DNA of 63,369 nucleotides, filler included, from Sphacelaria rigidula (lineage: Eukaryota), in assembly GCA_964200075.2 (NCBI GenBank). It is 6 parts of 6 records of this genome, joined end to end, with 100 filler letters (N's around TTAATTAATTAA, not from the genome) between each part and the next. Parts side by side here need not be neighbours in the genome. Positions count along the whole stretch, not along the records: positions 21,160 to 31,638 come from CAXNAA020006427.1; positions 31,739 to 42,215 come from CAXNAA020006428.1; 4 more parts are not named here. One strand, given 5' to 3'. Numbering within the stretch: the first letter of the stretch is position 1; each line of letters starts with the position of its first letter. The notes under the pieces were generated by a model. It saw nothing but the letters and a program-made list of their open reading frames with translations. It was not told where the DNA came from and ran no database searches. Both the position numbers and the translations under genes were made by a program. Positions 25,150-38,800 of the stretch are shown in pieces.

Positions 25150-25448
25150 CAAGTTTTCGCCGACGAAATGTACACACAGCACACTAAACTACTGCAGTGT
25201 GTCCATCCTTGTGCTCAACTCCTGCTCTATGCTGCAGGGTAGCGTACGTAGCTAAGGATGAGTGTTGTGTACTAATTTGCATGTCTATGTGAACGGATGG
25301 TATCTGGTGTGGTGGTCTGTAGGTAAGGGGTCAAGCGCCTCCTTGTGCCTTTCGCGCGCATGTTTGTTAGAAAAAGGTTAGCTTTTTTGTTTCCAACTTC
25401 TTCTCCGCTCGCCACCAAGGCCGTGTCTTAGCACATCATTCTTTCATC

Positions 25449-25577
25449 GAAAACGTGCGGTGGAAAACAGGAACTCCGATGAAATAGGTCGTCATTTGAA
25501 CCAGCTTCAAAATAAACCAAGATAGCTAAAATCACGACCTATCGAATCGGAGTCTTCCTGTTCCACCGCACATTTTC
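25449..25577. repeat. Short (~130 bp) foldback/MITE-like inverted repeat
   Basis: GAAAACGTGCGGTGGAA..CAGGAA.CTCCGAT..ATAGGTCGT pairs with ACGACCTAT..ATCGGAG..TTCCTGTTCCACCGCACATTTTC. Confidence 0.75.
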
Positions 25578-27846
25578 CCTAGAAAAATAATGTGCGAAGG
25601 GACACCATAATGATGAAGAAATCGCTAATGCCAACTACGAGCAGAAATGCGGTGGACCTGTGCGATGGCAGTTTTTTTTCCACCCCACTTTTTCGAGCGA
25701 CGTAAACACATGCGAAGACATACACCGACCGCGAAAGGAAAACCGCTAAGCGAACGGTGTTAACCATTTGTTTTGCCACGGAATAGGCGTTCGTCTAAAC
25801 GGGGGAATGAGCCTCATGAATCGAGAGGTACAGAGGGGTCAATCGGATTTGGTTCACAATTCCTGCCCGTCGAGGTCGGCGCCACAGCAAGCAAAGGCGG
25901 ATCATGTGTACCAGAAGTAACGCATCATATTTCGACGTCAACACCTTCCCATAGACACTGGGCACAGGACCCATGCATGAGGATGATTTTGTAGTGAAAA
26001 CAAATATTTGCGGGAAGCGCAATTACGGTCGAGCGTTCAAGATCGGCATTCGACAAACACTGACGACGGTTTCAAATCAGGCGAAGAACTAAAACATGGG
26101 ACATGTCCTGTTTCACTGTACTGCAGCACAAACACACTCACGTCCGCTCCCACATGTGCTGTAGTCATCACGGTTGTGCGATGTGTTTCGACCTTGCGAA
26201 GACGGTGTGGTCTCCGCTGAGATTATGTGAGCTGCTGTTTGTTGTGTTCGTCCCTCTGTAAAATATAGTGTTACTCGGGACGCGGTGTCGCCTACACACT
26301 TGACTGTTGAAAACTTCATGTTACCCAGACCCATTATCTGCACAATACCGAACATGGCTGCGTACAGACACGCAACCAACCAGCGCCGGTATACACCGCT
26401 TGACCGGCTGGGCCAGATCCCGTGCTCCGATGAAAGGAACAACTCACGGCATAGTGCCGATAGACTGCACCGCCAGGGTACTGCTTGCACCCGTCAGCAT
26501 GACGGCCGCTGCCGCTGGCATCGGCGCCGACACTCGCGGACACGGAAATACACAACAAGCCATACTAAGGTGGGGATACATCGAAATACGAGGATCGCAA
26601 TGACGCCCTGCGCGGAAATGGCCACTCGCTGTCTGCTAGTCTGCTTGCAGCTTCGTTTTTCTGCTGCTGTTCTATCCGTCCCGGCGCCGGGGTTCACTCC
26701 TGTGCTCTAGTACATACACTACACGTGTGACTCGAGTGTGCGAGCCAATCAACAAAATTCTTCACTACGAGCTGGGCCAGCCGAGAAGAAAATTTGTAGT
26801 TTGCACGCCAATCACCGGCCAATTTTTTAAGTTGGACCCTGAAATTTGGTATGGACAATGAATAGGGCATTAAAGAAACAAATACCAGTGCACACAAGTT
26901 TTTTTTTTTTCATGAGTTGGGGGCGTTCTACTGATATCTGAAAACTGATCATTGCCCTGAAGTCATGGGGAAAAAAAAAACCCTGTGTGCACTGGCATAT
27001 GTTTTTTTATGCTCCATTCATTTTCGATACCAAATTTCAGGGTCCAACTCTAAATATGGGACGTTTAGTGACGGGGTCAGAATAAATTCGGGACAGTATT
27101 TTGCAGGTCACTTACCGGCCCACGTCTGGTGTTTGTATGTTGAAACTTTGTGTGGGCCGTGGCTAGACATAATTGATGAAACAGAAGTGGGTCAGACAGA
27201 TTTTTTAATTCAGCATACATCTGCGGTTATTTATCCTGAGTTTCAAGTCACAATTCTAAAAACTGAGCTAAACAATTGAGATAAGGCCCAAGAGCAGTGT
27301 TCATTTCTGCTCAATACTGCCCCAAAAACCCGAAAAAAAATTAATATATATATATTTAAAAAAGCTGTTACTTTACGCTTTAATATGCGGTTCTCCATAC
27401 GAAATTTCATAGCATACCTCTCACAAACTGAGACGCGATGTCCAGATTTAGTTCATCTAGTGCCTCTGCTCGTAATATATTGATTTTAGTATGGAAAATC
27501 AAGTGCGCCATATCTCGAGATAGATTACGAATTATGTGAAGGTGAGGGTATCTATCGTCTCCCCATACTCCAGGGAATATCCACACCAAAATTCGTTGCC
27601 ATCCACTGGATGCATCGATCGGGGGTTTGATAGAGATTTTAGTATGAACCCTATCTCCGTTAGGTATGGGAATCACTAGACATGGGGTTCAATCAACGAT
27701 AACATATGGGCCCAAACTTTTGAGCAGATCAGCACCTTCCCCTTGGTTAGGCGATTAATACAAAATGCGGATCATGGGCCAACTCGTCCGTGTCGACGAG
27801 ATATTGCTTCGAGAGCTTAAATCCGTGTCTAGGCTGGCCCAGCTCC

Positions 27847-28295
27847 TACATAATTAACTACGACGGTCGCATGACACTGGCGCTAGATTCCGCCGATTCC
27901 TCAGGGAAGGGCCACTGATTGGTTGAAATTCACTCTTCACTGAAAAATCTACCCCATGTATGAGCGTTGTGGCTAACACGAGTGTGCGATCCGCTTACAA
28001 GCATTTCCACTACATAATTCACTACGACGGTCGCGTGCCATTGGCGCTAGATTACGTCGATTCCTCACTAAACGGCTTCTGATTGGTTGAAACTCTCTTT
28101 CCACCGCGAAAATCGAACCCCCTGTATGGGTGTCGTGCCTGACTCTACTTTGCGAACAAATCGCGAGCATTTTTCATTTCATAATTCACTACGAAGGTCG
28201 CATTTCATTCGCGCAACATTCCGCCCATTCCTCACTAAAGTGCCTCTGGTTGGCTGAATTTCACTTTCCACTGCAAAAATCTACCCCATGTATGG
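27847..28295. repeat. Three ~120-bp direct repeats with ~165-bp period
   Basis: CATAATT(A/C)ACTACGA(C/A)GGTCGC...GATTGGTTGAAA...AAAATCTACCCCATGTATG occurs three times. Confidence 0.8.
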
Positions 28296-28531
28296 GTGCT
28301 GTGCCAGATACCGCCTGGACCAATTCCAAATAGCATATGTCACATGAGAATATCCTTATCAACAGTATTCATATTACACTGTTCGTGACACGGCCGGGCT
28401 GTGTTCCTATCGTGTCGACTCGCTGACAACTGGCCCCAGTCCAGTCCACCCTGATCACTCGCACACACAATGCGAACAGTCGCTGTGACATATGCGGCAT
28501 GTTTTTTTGGCCTGCACAGTCCATCACGGGG

Positions 28532-29012
28532 ACCGTAGGCAAGGTACCGCACCGAGCGTGCCCCCAGTATTTACCGGAGTATCCCATACCGTGGTATGCG
28601 GGTATCTTAGCTGTGAGTTTTGAAAATACCTGCTTGAGCGGGTACGGTAGGTTTGAAAATTTCGAAATACAGTGGTATCGTCGGTATCATAGATATGAAT
28701 TTTGGAAATACTTCATTGAGCGGATACGGTAGGATTGGTATCTCGAAACACCGTGGGATCGTAGGTATGACGTTCGAAAATACCCGATTGGGCGGGTACG
28801 GTAGGTACTGAAATCTCGAAACACCGTGGTATCATGGGTATCATAGGTATCACGTTTGAAAATACCCGTTTGGGTAGGTACCGTAGGTATTGGTTATCGG
28901 AATACCGTGGTATCGTAGGTATCGTAAGTATGACTCTTGAAAATACCCGATTGGGTCGGTATCGGTAGGGTATGAGATGTCCGAAATACCATAACTAGAT
29001 ACCTGCCTTACC
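28532..29012. mobile_element. Dispersed element with an internal ~75-80-bp tandem array; second copy at ~29858-30299
   Basis: Units resemble GAAAATACCCGATTG(A/G)GCGGGTACGGTAGGTA..GAAATCTCGAAATACCGTGGTATCGTAGGTATC. Terminal ACCGTAGGCAAGGTA and TACCTTACCTACGGT look like TIRs; no TSD resolved. Confidence 0.75.
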
Positions 29013-32000
29013 CTCTGTACCGATTTCAAAACTGTCATCCGATAGTGCGGAGACTTTGAGATCCCTATGCAAGTTGGGCAGTCAATTTTTTCATGTACAA
29101 CGCTAGTCTGAAGACCTCAAAGCACAACAGAACCCTATCATGACCACCAACTGGATTGTTGCAATCAGTTGACAGGGTGAGACACCCAATCCATGAATCG
29201 GTCATGAGTACCGCGTGGTGATTTTCGTGGTTGTTGACGTGGGTGCAGAGACGAAAGCACTCTGAAAATAGAGCAGTAGTAAGTGCGAATTTAAAAATCA
29301 AAGGTCATATAATCATTTCGAGGGGGTAACGTCGTAAATTGTGGCACCAAGGTATTACAGTAGTGCCTGACAACAGGTGAGGTAGTACGTAAGAGCAGGG
29401 TTTGCCTCCCCATGTGGTTGTATTTCTTCATGTAGGGCACCCGGCAATGGCGCAGTATTTACGGTATATATATTCCGGTATTTTATTTTGGTGTTTTGGC
29501 ACCTTGTTGTCTATTTTATATGCCCCGTGCGGCCCCTCACTTTTTCGTTGCTTTTCCTCCTTCTCGTTTTTTTCCCCTCTGCTTGTTGGCACGTGGAATA
29601 ATATTGTGTATGATGTTCTTCTTCGAGATGAATGATGCTCATCTTCGACATGAATGATGAAACAGTGTATAGCACCGTAACGATAATATAATATTTATAT
29701 CCATTCACCAAGAACATCAGACTACATGATGGTAATTTTATTCGAATTGATCTAAACACGAAAGTTGGGGGGAATCTGGGTATACATTATTTGTGAAAAC
29801 AAGACGTACCTGCTTGGACAACTTTTGGCCTTTGCGTACGTTGGGACCAGCTGCTGCACCGTGGGGAGCGCATCGCGTCCGGTGTTTACCGGGTATATCC
29901 CTGGTATTTACCCCCGGTTTTCCCCAAGGTATCCCATAACGTGGTTTCTGTGGGTACCGTCTGTGTGAGTTTTGAAAATATCCGATTGAGCAGGTACTGT
30001 AGGTACTGAAATCTCGAAATACGGTGGTATCATAGGAATCGCAGGTACGACTTTTGAAAAAACCCGATTGGGCGGGTACGGTAATTGTGGAAATCTCGAT
30101 ATAATGTGGTATCGTGAGTATCGCAGTCTGAGTCTTGAAAGTACCCGATCGAGCGGGTACGGTAGGTACTGACATCTCGCAATACCGTGGTATCGTGGGT
30201 GTCGTAGGTATGACATTTGAAAATACCCGATTGGACTGATATCGGTAGGGTGTGAGATGTCCTGAATACCGGTGCCGGGTATTTACCTTACCTACGGTGC
30301 CTGCGCAGTCTGTAGTGTCATGACATACATACTAGAGAATACTGGAGCACCGATAGCTGCTCGTAACAAGAGCGTGACTGTAGAGGCACCGCAGGTGTGT
30401 GTAATGTGTTGCGTACAAATTTTTAATGGCAGCACGTCGTCAACGTGCACATTGCACACTCGCGAGTACCTGTGAAATAGGCCGCGTAGCACACCTCCCC
30501 ACCTTCGAGGCTTCGAGCGGTAGCGGGCTCTGTATTGTTCAGTACAGTATATTTTCAGACAGTACGAAATAAAACCTGACCTTATTCTCACATATATATA
30601 TATATATATCTTATATACCACGGGTATTACAGTATACTCAGAGTGTGAGTATCATCTGCTGCACACGCCGCCGGTTTGACGCGATAGCGCCTCCTTGTAC
30701 AAGGCAAGTGTGGTACCTCTCAATAAGACCGCCGTCACGCAACCGTAGAGTGCTACGTATTACTTGCTGCAACATGTGCCAAAACGGGTCTAACCTTTAA
30801 GCGCGAGTTAGTTCGATGGCGACGTCACCTCGTGCTGGGCGGGTCACACACGACTTCATGCACGAGGCTTGTCCTCACCTGATTGCGGTATTTCTTCACA
30901 GACGTCGAACCCTACTCGGCCACCACGTCTCCCAGCATAGATCAACATGAGCCGCGGCCGCCTCTATCAGCGCGTCGCCCTTCACACCACCCGCGTCCAG
31001 CCCCGGGTTTGGCCCATAGTGTATGCACCGCCTCGCCCAGACAGCTGCTGCAGCCTCGTGAGCGAACTCTTGAGCGCGGTGTGGGAAGTGTACGCAAACC
31101 TCCCATAACTTGTCCGCAATAGCGGTCGCATCTCCTTCGAAGTGGGCGTCAACCGCAATGTGCACTAGATACCCGTGGGGGTTCGCGTGTTGCGCCGCTA
31201 CTATAGTTTCATGTCAGTGCTGGTATGCAGCTAGGACGAAGCAGCTGAGGCAGTACCAGACAACAGTAGTGCACTCAAGTATCACCAAACATATACTCGT
31301 ACTGTTAGTTCATGTAATCTGTTACCTACGGTTGATTTGGCATGATCAACATGAGATTTGAGGGTAGACGGCGAGGGTGTCTACTAGGTGTCTACCTCTA
31401 CCGTAAGAAAAGTGCTCATTTTGACGACCGTGATTGGTCAGAATGGTCATCCCGCGCCTCTCGGACCTCGTGCACGCCTTATAATTTTCCGCTGGAAACT
31501 TCCACACGTGGTTGACTCCGTGAGCTTCTCCGATGCTCTGCGGAGAGAACGCTCGTCGTCTAAGGGTTAACCCTTTGGGAACGCAAGTGCTGATTCTTGT
31601 GTTGTGAATCTTTGTGAATCGGCATCATTTTGACTTGANNNNNNNNNNNNNNNNNNNNNNNNNNNNNNNNNNNNNNNNNNNNTTAATTAATTAANNNNNN
31701 NNNNNNNNNNNNNNNNNNNNNNNNNNNNNNNNNNNNNNTTCCGTCGTTTCTCCCACCCACCCACCCGGGGTATGTATAGTCTCTTCGTGGTTTCACCACC
31801 GGGTCAAGTGTACAGTAACATCGTAGTCGGACCGGGAGGGACAGGATCCTGGAGTGGCGTTGTTAGCACGATTTCAGAGGAGACTTTAACAGGCGTACAA
31901 TAGGGAATACATTGGCGGCAAGGATCACATGCACCAAGGTGCACGTTGCGGTATGATTTGGTTTGCGTTGCGTCACATTTGGTATTCAAATTAATAACAA

Positions 32001-32802
32001 ATATTCCACTTTCACGAGAGGAGCAAAAGTAGACCTAAAGCTTTGGGCGTATATCTATGGTTGACAGCATGACTACTTGATTTCAGACTGGATAAACTTC
32101 TGAGATTTTTCATGGTTCAGCGCAGGTGAGCAGTGGACCCAGCTGGATCGTCAGTTCACCACTTGAGAGGGTGAGAAATTGATGGGAATTCCATAATTTC
32201 GAATAAACTATAACCCCCAATGCTAACCCTAACCCTAACCCTAACCCCAACGAAGGCATACCGACAGCCCTCGGGCGAGGGGGTGCGAAGTTTCCCATAG
32301 GCAAAGCGTGCTTTACTAGACTTCAGATCAGCGCCCCAGGCGCCGATTTCGACAAGAACGCGGCACGCTTGAAGCACAGCCTCAACAAAGATCCGGATTT
32401 TCCCGTCAACACTGATATCAAGTCGAACTGAAACCAACCGTAGCACCCTTCGAAGTGGTAAACTATACTGGAGGGGTGTCCACACCAGATATCTCCGAGG
32501 GGATATCAACGGTTCCCGCGAACGGAATCCCCTCACGCGAACGGAATTCCTCCACAGTTTAAGCAGAGAACATACGGGGAGGTATACCAAATTGATTAGA
32601 GATCCCAAATTGTCCCGTTGTGCAAAAAAAAAAAAGGTCTCAAGCAGCGCCGCCCACGCTCCTGTCATGCGCCCTATCCTCTCAGTCTCATCACCACCCC
32701 CTACGTTCCACAGATCAACCCGGTGTCGCCTATCACTCAGTAGTACGCAGTACTACAGCAGAAGCTCAAGGAAACCCTAGGCACGGTACCGAGGTCAACA
32801 CC

Positions 32803-35800
32803 ATGGTGCAAGCTGGATCTGCTGTAGCCGGTGTGGCTTTCCTCGCTCTGTCTGCGGGCGTGTTTGCTGCCAATGAAGGTATGTCCGCCGACGCTATATT
32901 GTTCCTCCCTCATCCACCCTCACCGTACGGTGCACGTCGCGCGTCGGGTGGTGCACACCGATCGCCGCTTGACAATCCCCAAGTTTGGCGGGAAAATCTT
33001 GCTAGTCAGCTCGCATTGTGGCGGGCAGCAGAAGTCCGCACGTAGGCTTCAGCTCCGTAAGCGCGCTCAAGATTTAGCTTCATTTGCAGTTTTCGGGCCT
33101 AAAGCTCTTTACCCTTAACCCTTAGACCGCGAGAGTAGGTCACCTGTTGAATCGGCATCAATTTCACTTGGAAAAAGTATGCATGATCCAGGTTGACTAC
33201 TCTCGCGGTCTAAGGGTTAAACCGCGAAGCGGGTAGCCCATCTGGATCACGCATGCTTTTTTCGAGTGAAAATTGATGCCGATTCAGCAGGTCACATACC
33301 GTCGCGGTCTAGGGGTTGAAATGTTTGAAAAGCTTACAGTGTGCTCGAAACGCGCATTAAATTGTGATAGTTTTTCATGCGCCCCCTGCAGTCGTTGTAT
33401 CAGCTGCCTGAAAGCCTGAAGATCGCGGCTCACCTCCCACGGATAGGGGTAACTTGGAGGGAATTCAAATATTTCGCGCGAAGCGCGATTGCGGCCGAGC
33501 GTTTGAAAATCGCCACTCGGCAAGACCCGAGGAACCACCCGAAATCAGGGGGGAAACTATCGAATGGGATATGTCCTGTATCTCTGTGCTGCAGCGCAAG
33601 CACACTCATGCTCCATCTCATGTGCTGTAGCTGTCGCTGCGCTGTGGCGTCTCTGGATTTTTGTGGAGACGGTTTGATCTCCGCTGGGGATACCTGGGCT
33701 GCTATATATATTGTCACTCGGTCCGTCTCTACGATATGAAAAATGATGTCAAGTCGGCACGCTGTGCTCTCTACACCCTATTGGAACTTTTCTGTCGTGT
33801 TGGCTGTTTCGTCTCGAGTCAGACGAACAAGGCGCTTTCCAAACCCATCATCTCTATGCTGTAGTTGTCGCTGTGCTGTTGTGCATCCCAACACTGTACG
33901 GCGATCACGGTGCGATGTGCGCTGGAGAGTGCCTTAGCAGTTGCACTGCTGCATGCCGTGTTTCGGTCTGCACATATTTGGGGTGGGATCAAAGTGCTGT
34001 CGAAACAAAGAAATGTTGAAATAATCGTCACGTGACGGCTATGCAGCTGTCTATTGCGTCTTCTCTGGTACTTCAGTTATAGCCGGGTGCTCTGATCAGG
34101 GAAGACACGAAAGGCGGGGTGCGTGCAGGTTTGGGCAAACAAACCAAGCCAGCACGGATTTTTTGTATCCTCGTTTATTGACGGTAGCAGCTGTCTGCAT
34201 CCCAGCGGCGCAATGTGTGGGCCAATCAGAGCTACTTTTCGACTCATATTCCACTCGTTGTTCTAATCTGATTGAAGGAAGGTCGCAAAAATTTTGTTGT
34301 ATTTGAAGACTATGCTTTGTCGAAAAACCTTTCCACTCATAATTCTTGCCCCTATATGTCGGCCCAGTGCCGAAAACCCCCTTATGACCTATGGTGTGAC
34401 TCGTCACTCGCCACCAGGCAGGCTTTGACATTCAAAACTCCAAACCGCTATCGTTACGGGTCTGATCCAAAAAACGTTCCTTGAATTTCATATATTTTTC
34501 ACCATGTTGAACTGAAAATTTTGATAAATGTAATCAAGATTTTGTACTACAGTTAGTTGTGCCATGGGCACATTGTACACTGTACAGTAAAAAAAAAGCT
34601 TGAACCGGGGCTTGAAACAAGGGGGGAAATCATATCAAACAAGGAAACGGAGCCTACTACTAAAAAAAAACGGACTTCTGGAGCTGAAGCCTATCCGCAC
34701 GCGGCGAGTATACCGTAAAATGGGTGAAGAGAAGCAGCCTTCGCGCGAACTTCGTAAAGTGTCTAGGCGATCGTAACCATTCACCCGTGTCTGCATATGC
34801 GGTCCATTCACGAAGAAGATGGGCCATGATACCGAGTTTGACCCACAGGCGCAGGCTGCAGCTCGTCCTGTGGGTGTGTTCATTTCTCGTTGCAGCACGA
34901 GAGTGTGCGCAATTGTCTATGCGTAGTGCCCGCGCGTTTGGTGGCGTCCCGAGTGCAATTCCATTCCGTGTTGAGAGGAGCTTGCGCTGCTGCCGCCGCG
35001 ATTCAAAGTCCCGGCGTGGAAACGTTCCATGGTTCGGACGAATCATCACGACTAAGTATCACCAAATCCATGATACCTTTGACCTGATTGCCCAAAAGGG
35101 AGAAAAAAGTTGACCGCTGGTCAAACAGGTCTCCACGCAACTTGTGCGCCATTCCACGTAAGGATTGATTCGTACCGTACGAAGCAATTACACTAAAATC
35201 ATCAATTCCAGGATTGTGTTGTGTAGGAGGGTACGGGTATCTTCTGTAGGGTATCAGATATCGATCTAACATGTGCTGTGAAGAACTCCCATCTGGGATG
35301 TCGTAATTTCAATGCGGGAGGGAGGTGTGCGTCGGCCGGGTGCAGATGGCCTTTCGCCCTTCTTTTCCCCCGACCGGGCGGCCTATTCGCTTCTTTGTCG
35401 TTCGAATGGGCGGGTAATCTCTATCTTCTCATGTTTTGGCCTCGATCAACATGATGTCTAACAGTACATGCATGTATCATCAAGCATAGTGGAATTGGTT
35501 AACGTGGTCGGTCTCTCGAGACTGCGGGAAAACAGTATTCGAGATCAGTTGATTTTGATAAAAAAAAATCCGCAGCATCTTGCTGCATTCATTCACAGTG
35601 TGCAAGGTGACTTCCATCAGCGGAAAGTAAAGACCACACCATAGCACGTGACGCGCTTGCTCGTTGATTCTGTGGTGTGTTTGTTTTTGCTGATGCAGGC
35701 GCCGGTCTCCGCGGCAACCACGTGAGCAGGCGCACCCCGGAGGTGGGTATATTCAGTGACGAAATCATGCGTGGTGGAGTGTGTGATGTGACAGATATCG

Positions 35801-38800
35801 CTGCGCCATTGATCTTAGAGTAGATTACATGCAGGTATTATCGTCAAGTAGCATCGCACTTTTTGTGAGTCTGGAGTTGTCCCGCTCATGTGAAGGGCGG
35901 GGGTACGCACTGGCAACTGCCGTTCTCATTCGAAGTACACCTGTAGCATCATCCTGGAACAAATTCATCCCACTGAAATCACGCTCAATCCTCACCAACG
36001 CTCATCGCTTACCCCCCCTTCCCCCCCCCCCCCCCCCCCCCCCCCCTCCCCCCCCCCCCACACGGGCTCGTCCACCCCCCCACCTCCGTCAACGGCTCCA
36101 TACCCGTGACCGACGCGCAGTCCATCGGATGTAGCGACGGCATGTGCACGCAGGAGGAGTGTTGCGAGGTCAGTCCTCTTCCTGGCAGACCCGGACGATA
36201 TTGTAAAGGTCGCGAATCAATCTACTTCTGACTTGCCTTACACGACAAATATGGGCGCTGTACCAAGAGCACCTGCGTGAGTAATTGTGTGGCGAGCAAG
36301 GTTACTTGTTGTTGGAACGCCAAGGACTAACGTGTTGGCCGATTGACTTGTGGTTGACCAGTGGATTGAAATTAACACGGGATCTTACAAATTGAGGATG
36401 GATCTTTTATTGGGGATGAGAAACCCGAAGGAATAAAATTTTCGTATCCACACCAAATCTTCGAAATACGGTTCCATTTCTTCACCTACTGATGCTATTG
36501 ACAACTGCTACACGCCATAGAGGTTCGAATTTCGATCACCGAAATATTGGGGTCCCAGGTGAAAAAAAAATCGGAAAAGTTTTGTCGCCTGTTCGGACAC
36601 CCGGAATTCCCCCAAATTGTTTTTTCATCCAAGACCGCAACATTTCGGTGATCGAAATCCAAAGCTCTATGGCGTGTAGCAGTTGTCAATAGCTATCAGT
36701 AGGTGAAGAAATGAAACCGTATTTCGAAGATTTGGTGTGGATACGAAGATTTTAATCCTCCGGGTTTCTCATCCCAAATAAAAGACCCATCGCCAATTTG
36801 TAAGATCCCGTGTTAATACTGGGAAATGGTACGTTGTCATGTTGACGTGGCGTGTACTACCCCTTCCATCTTCCGTTTTTGTTTCATGCATGGAATGCAG
36901 GCTTTCTGCTGGAGCGCTGCGTGCCCCAACTCCTTCACGCCCATCCCGTCGGCCAATGTCACCCTGTGCCCGGCCAACGTTTGCACGACGGAGCTGTGTT
37001 GCGAGGTAGTTCTAGAGAGCTGAGCGAGTGTACCCCGTCGTCCTCGAGCGTCATGCATCTGTATCGTAGCATCTGTACGACTGACGCGAAATGCTGGAAA
37101 CTGGTGACTTGTTAGCTTGACGCTTGGACGCCATAGACACCACCAATTTCATTGTTGGCCCTTGAACGTCCCGAGAGTGGGCAATCTGTGAATGGACGTC
37201 AAATTCACTTGAACAGAGTATACATGATCCGGATGAACTACACTCCCCGCGGTCTCACGGTCAAGCTTGATGCACTGTGTCGTAATCGACGCAGGCTCTG
37301 TGCTCTGGATTCGCCTGCCCAACAGACTGATCCCCATCACCAACGCGGACTTGCAGAGTTGCGACGACGATGTGTGCACCTCGGACCAATGCTGCACGAC
37401 CGTCTCGGTCGGAAGCAGCGCTGTTTCCGACTCCGAGCGGAGCGACACTGTTTCCGACTCCGACGGGAGCAGCACTGGTCCCGACTCCGACCCAACGAGC
37501 GTTTTCTCCTACTCTTTGGAGGGCCTATTGTGCAACAGGTGAACGGTTGCGTCAGCACTTGTGTTGTGTTCACTTTGCTGAATTCTAGGTTTCGGTTCGC
37601 ACCAATTCAAGCATCCGAAGAACGTTGGAGTGGAGCGCACAACGTTTGAAGTCGCATGTCCATCCGCGGACAAGGTTTATGCCCTTTTTCATCCTGCTCT
37701 TCCCCGTCCACCCTCACCCCGTATGTTTCGTTGGCAGCATCGGCTGCCTCAACGGCGCCATACCCGTGACCGACGCGCAGTCCATCGAATGCAGCGATGG
37801 CGTGTGCACGCAGGAGGAGTGTTGCGAGGTCAGTCCTCTTCCGGGTAGACCCGGACGATGTTGTCATCGTCGCGAGTCAACATATCCCGACATTTTTCTA
37901 CTTTGTCTGACTTGACTCACACGACAAATATGGGCGCTGTACCAAGAGCACCTGCGTGAGAAGTTGTGTGGTGAGCAAGGTTACTTGTTGTTGGAACGCC
38001 AGGGACTGACGTGTTGGCCGATCGACTTGTGGTTGACCAGTCGATTGAAATACTGGGAAATGGTACGTTGTCATGTTGACGTGGCGTGTACTACCCCGTC
38101 CGTCTTCCGTTTTTGTTTCACGCATGGAATGCAGGCTTTCTGCTGGAGCGCCGCGTGCCCCAACTCCTTCACGCCCATCCCGTCGGCCAATGTCACCCTG
38201 TGCCCGGACAACGTTTGCACGACGGAGCTGTGTTGCGAGGTAGTTCTAGAGAGCTGAGCGAGTGTACCCCGTCGTCCTCGAGTGTCATGCATCTGTATCG
38301 TAGCATCTGTACGACTGACGCGAAATGCTGGAAACTGGTGACTTGTTAGCTTGACGCTTGGACGCCACGGATTTGATTAATCAAACCTCAGACATCACCA
38401 ATTTCATAGTTAACCGTTGAACGTCCCGAGAGTGGGTAGTCAATTCACCTGAGAGTATGCATATTCGGGATGGATTACACTCTCCGCCGTCTAAGGGTCA
38501 AGCTTGATGTACTGCTGCCGTAATCGACGCAGGCTCTGTGCTCTGGATTCGCCTGCCCCAACGGACTGATCCCCATCACCAACGCGGACTTGCAGAGTTG
38601 CGACGACGATGTATGCACCTCGGAGCAATGCTGCACCACGGTGAGAGACCGTCGTGTACTACTGTCAAAATCACCTGCGCTCATTATCGCTGTGTATCCG
38701 CCCGTAGCGGCGATATGAAGAGCAAGCTTTGACGGTTAACTGGATGTTGTTTCAGGCGTGACTACTTGTTGGAGGATTTAAACAATACGTTCAGCGCCAA

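Noticed and set aside
36372..36816. piggyBac assignment from TTAA at both ends of the foldback element
   Set aside because: The empty paralogous site has no TTAA and the other copy is not TTAA-flanked.
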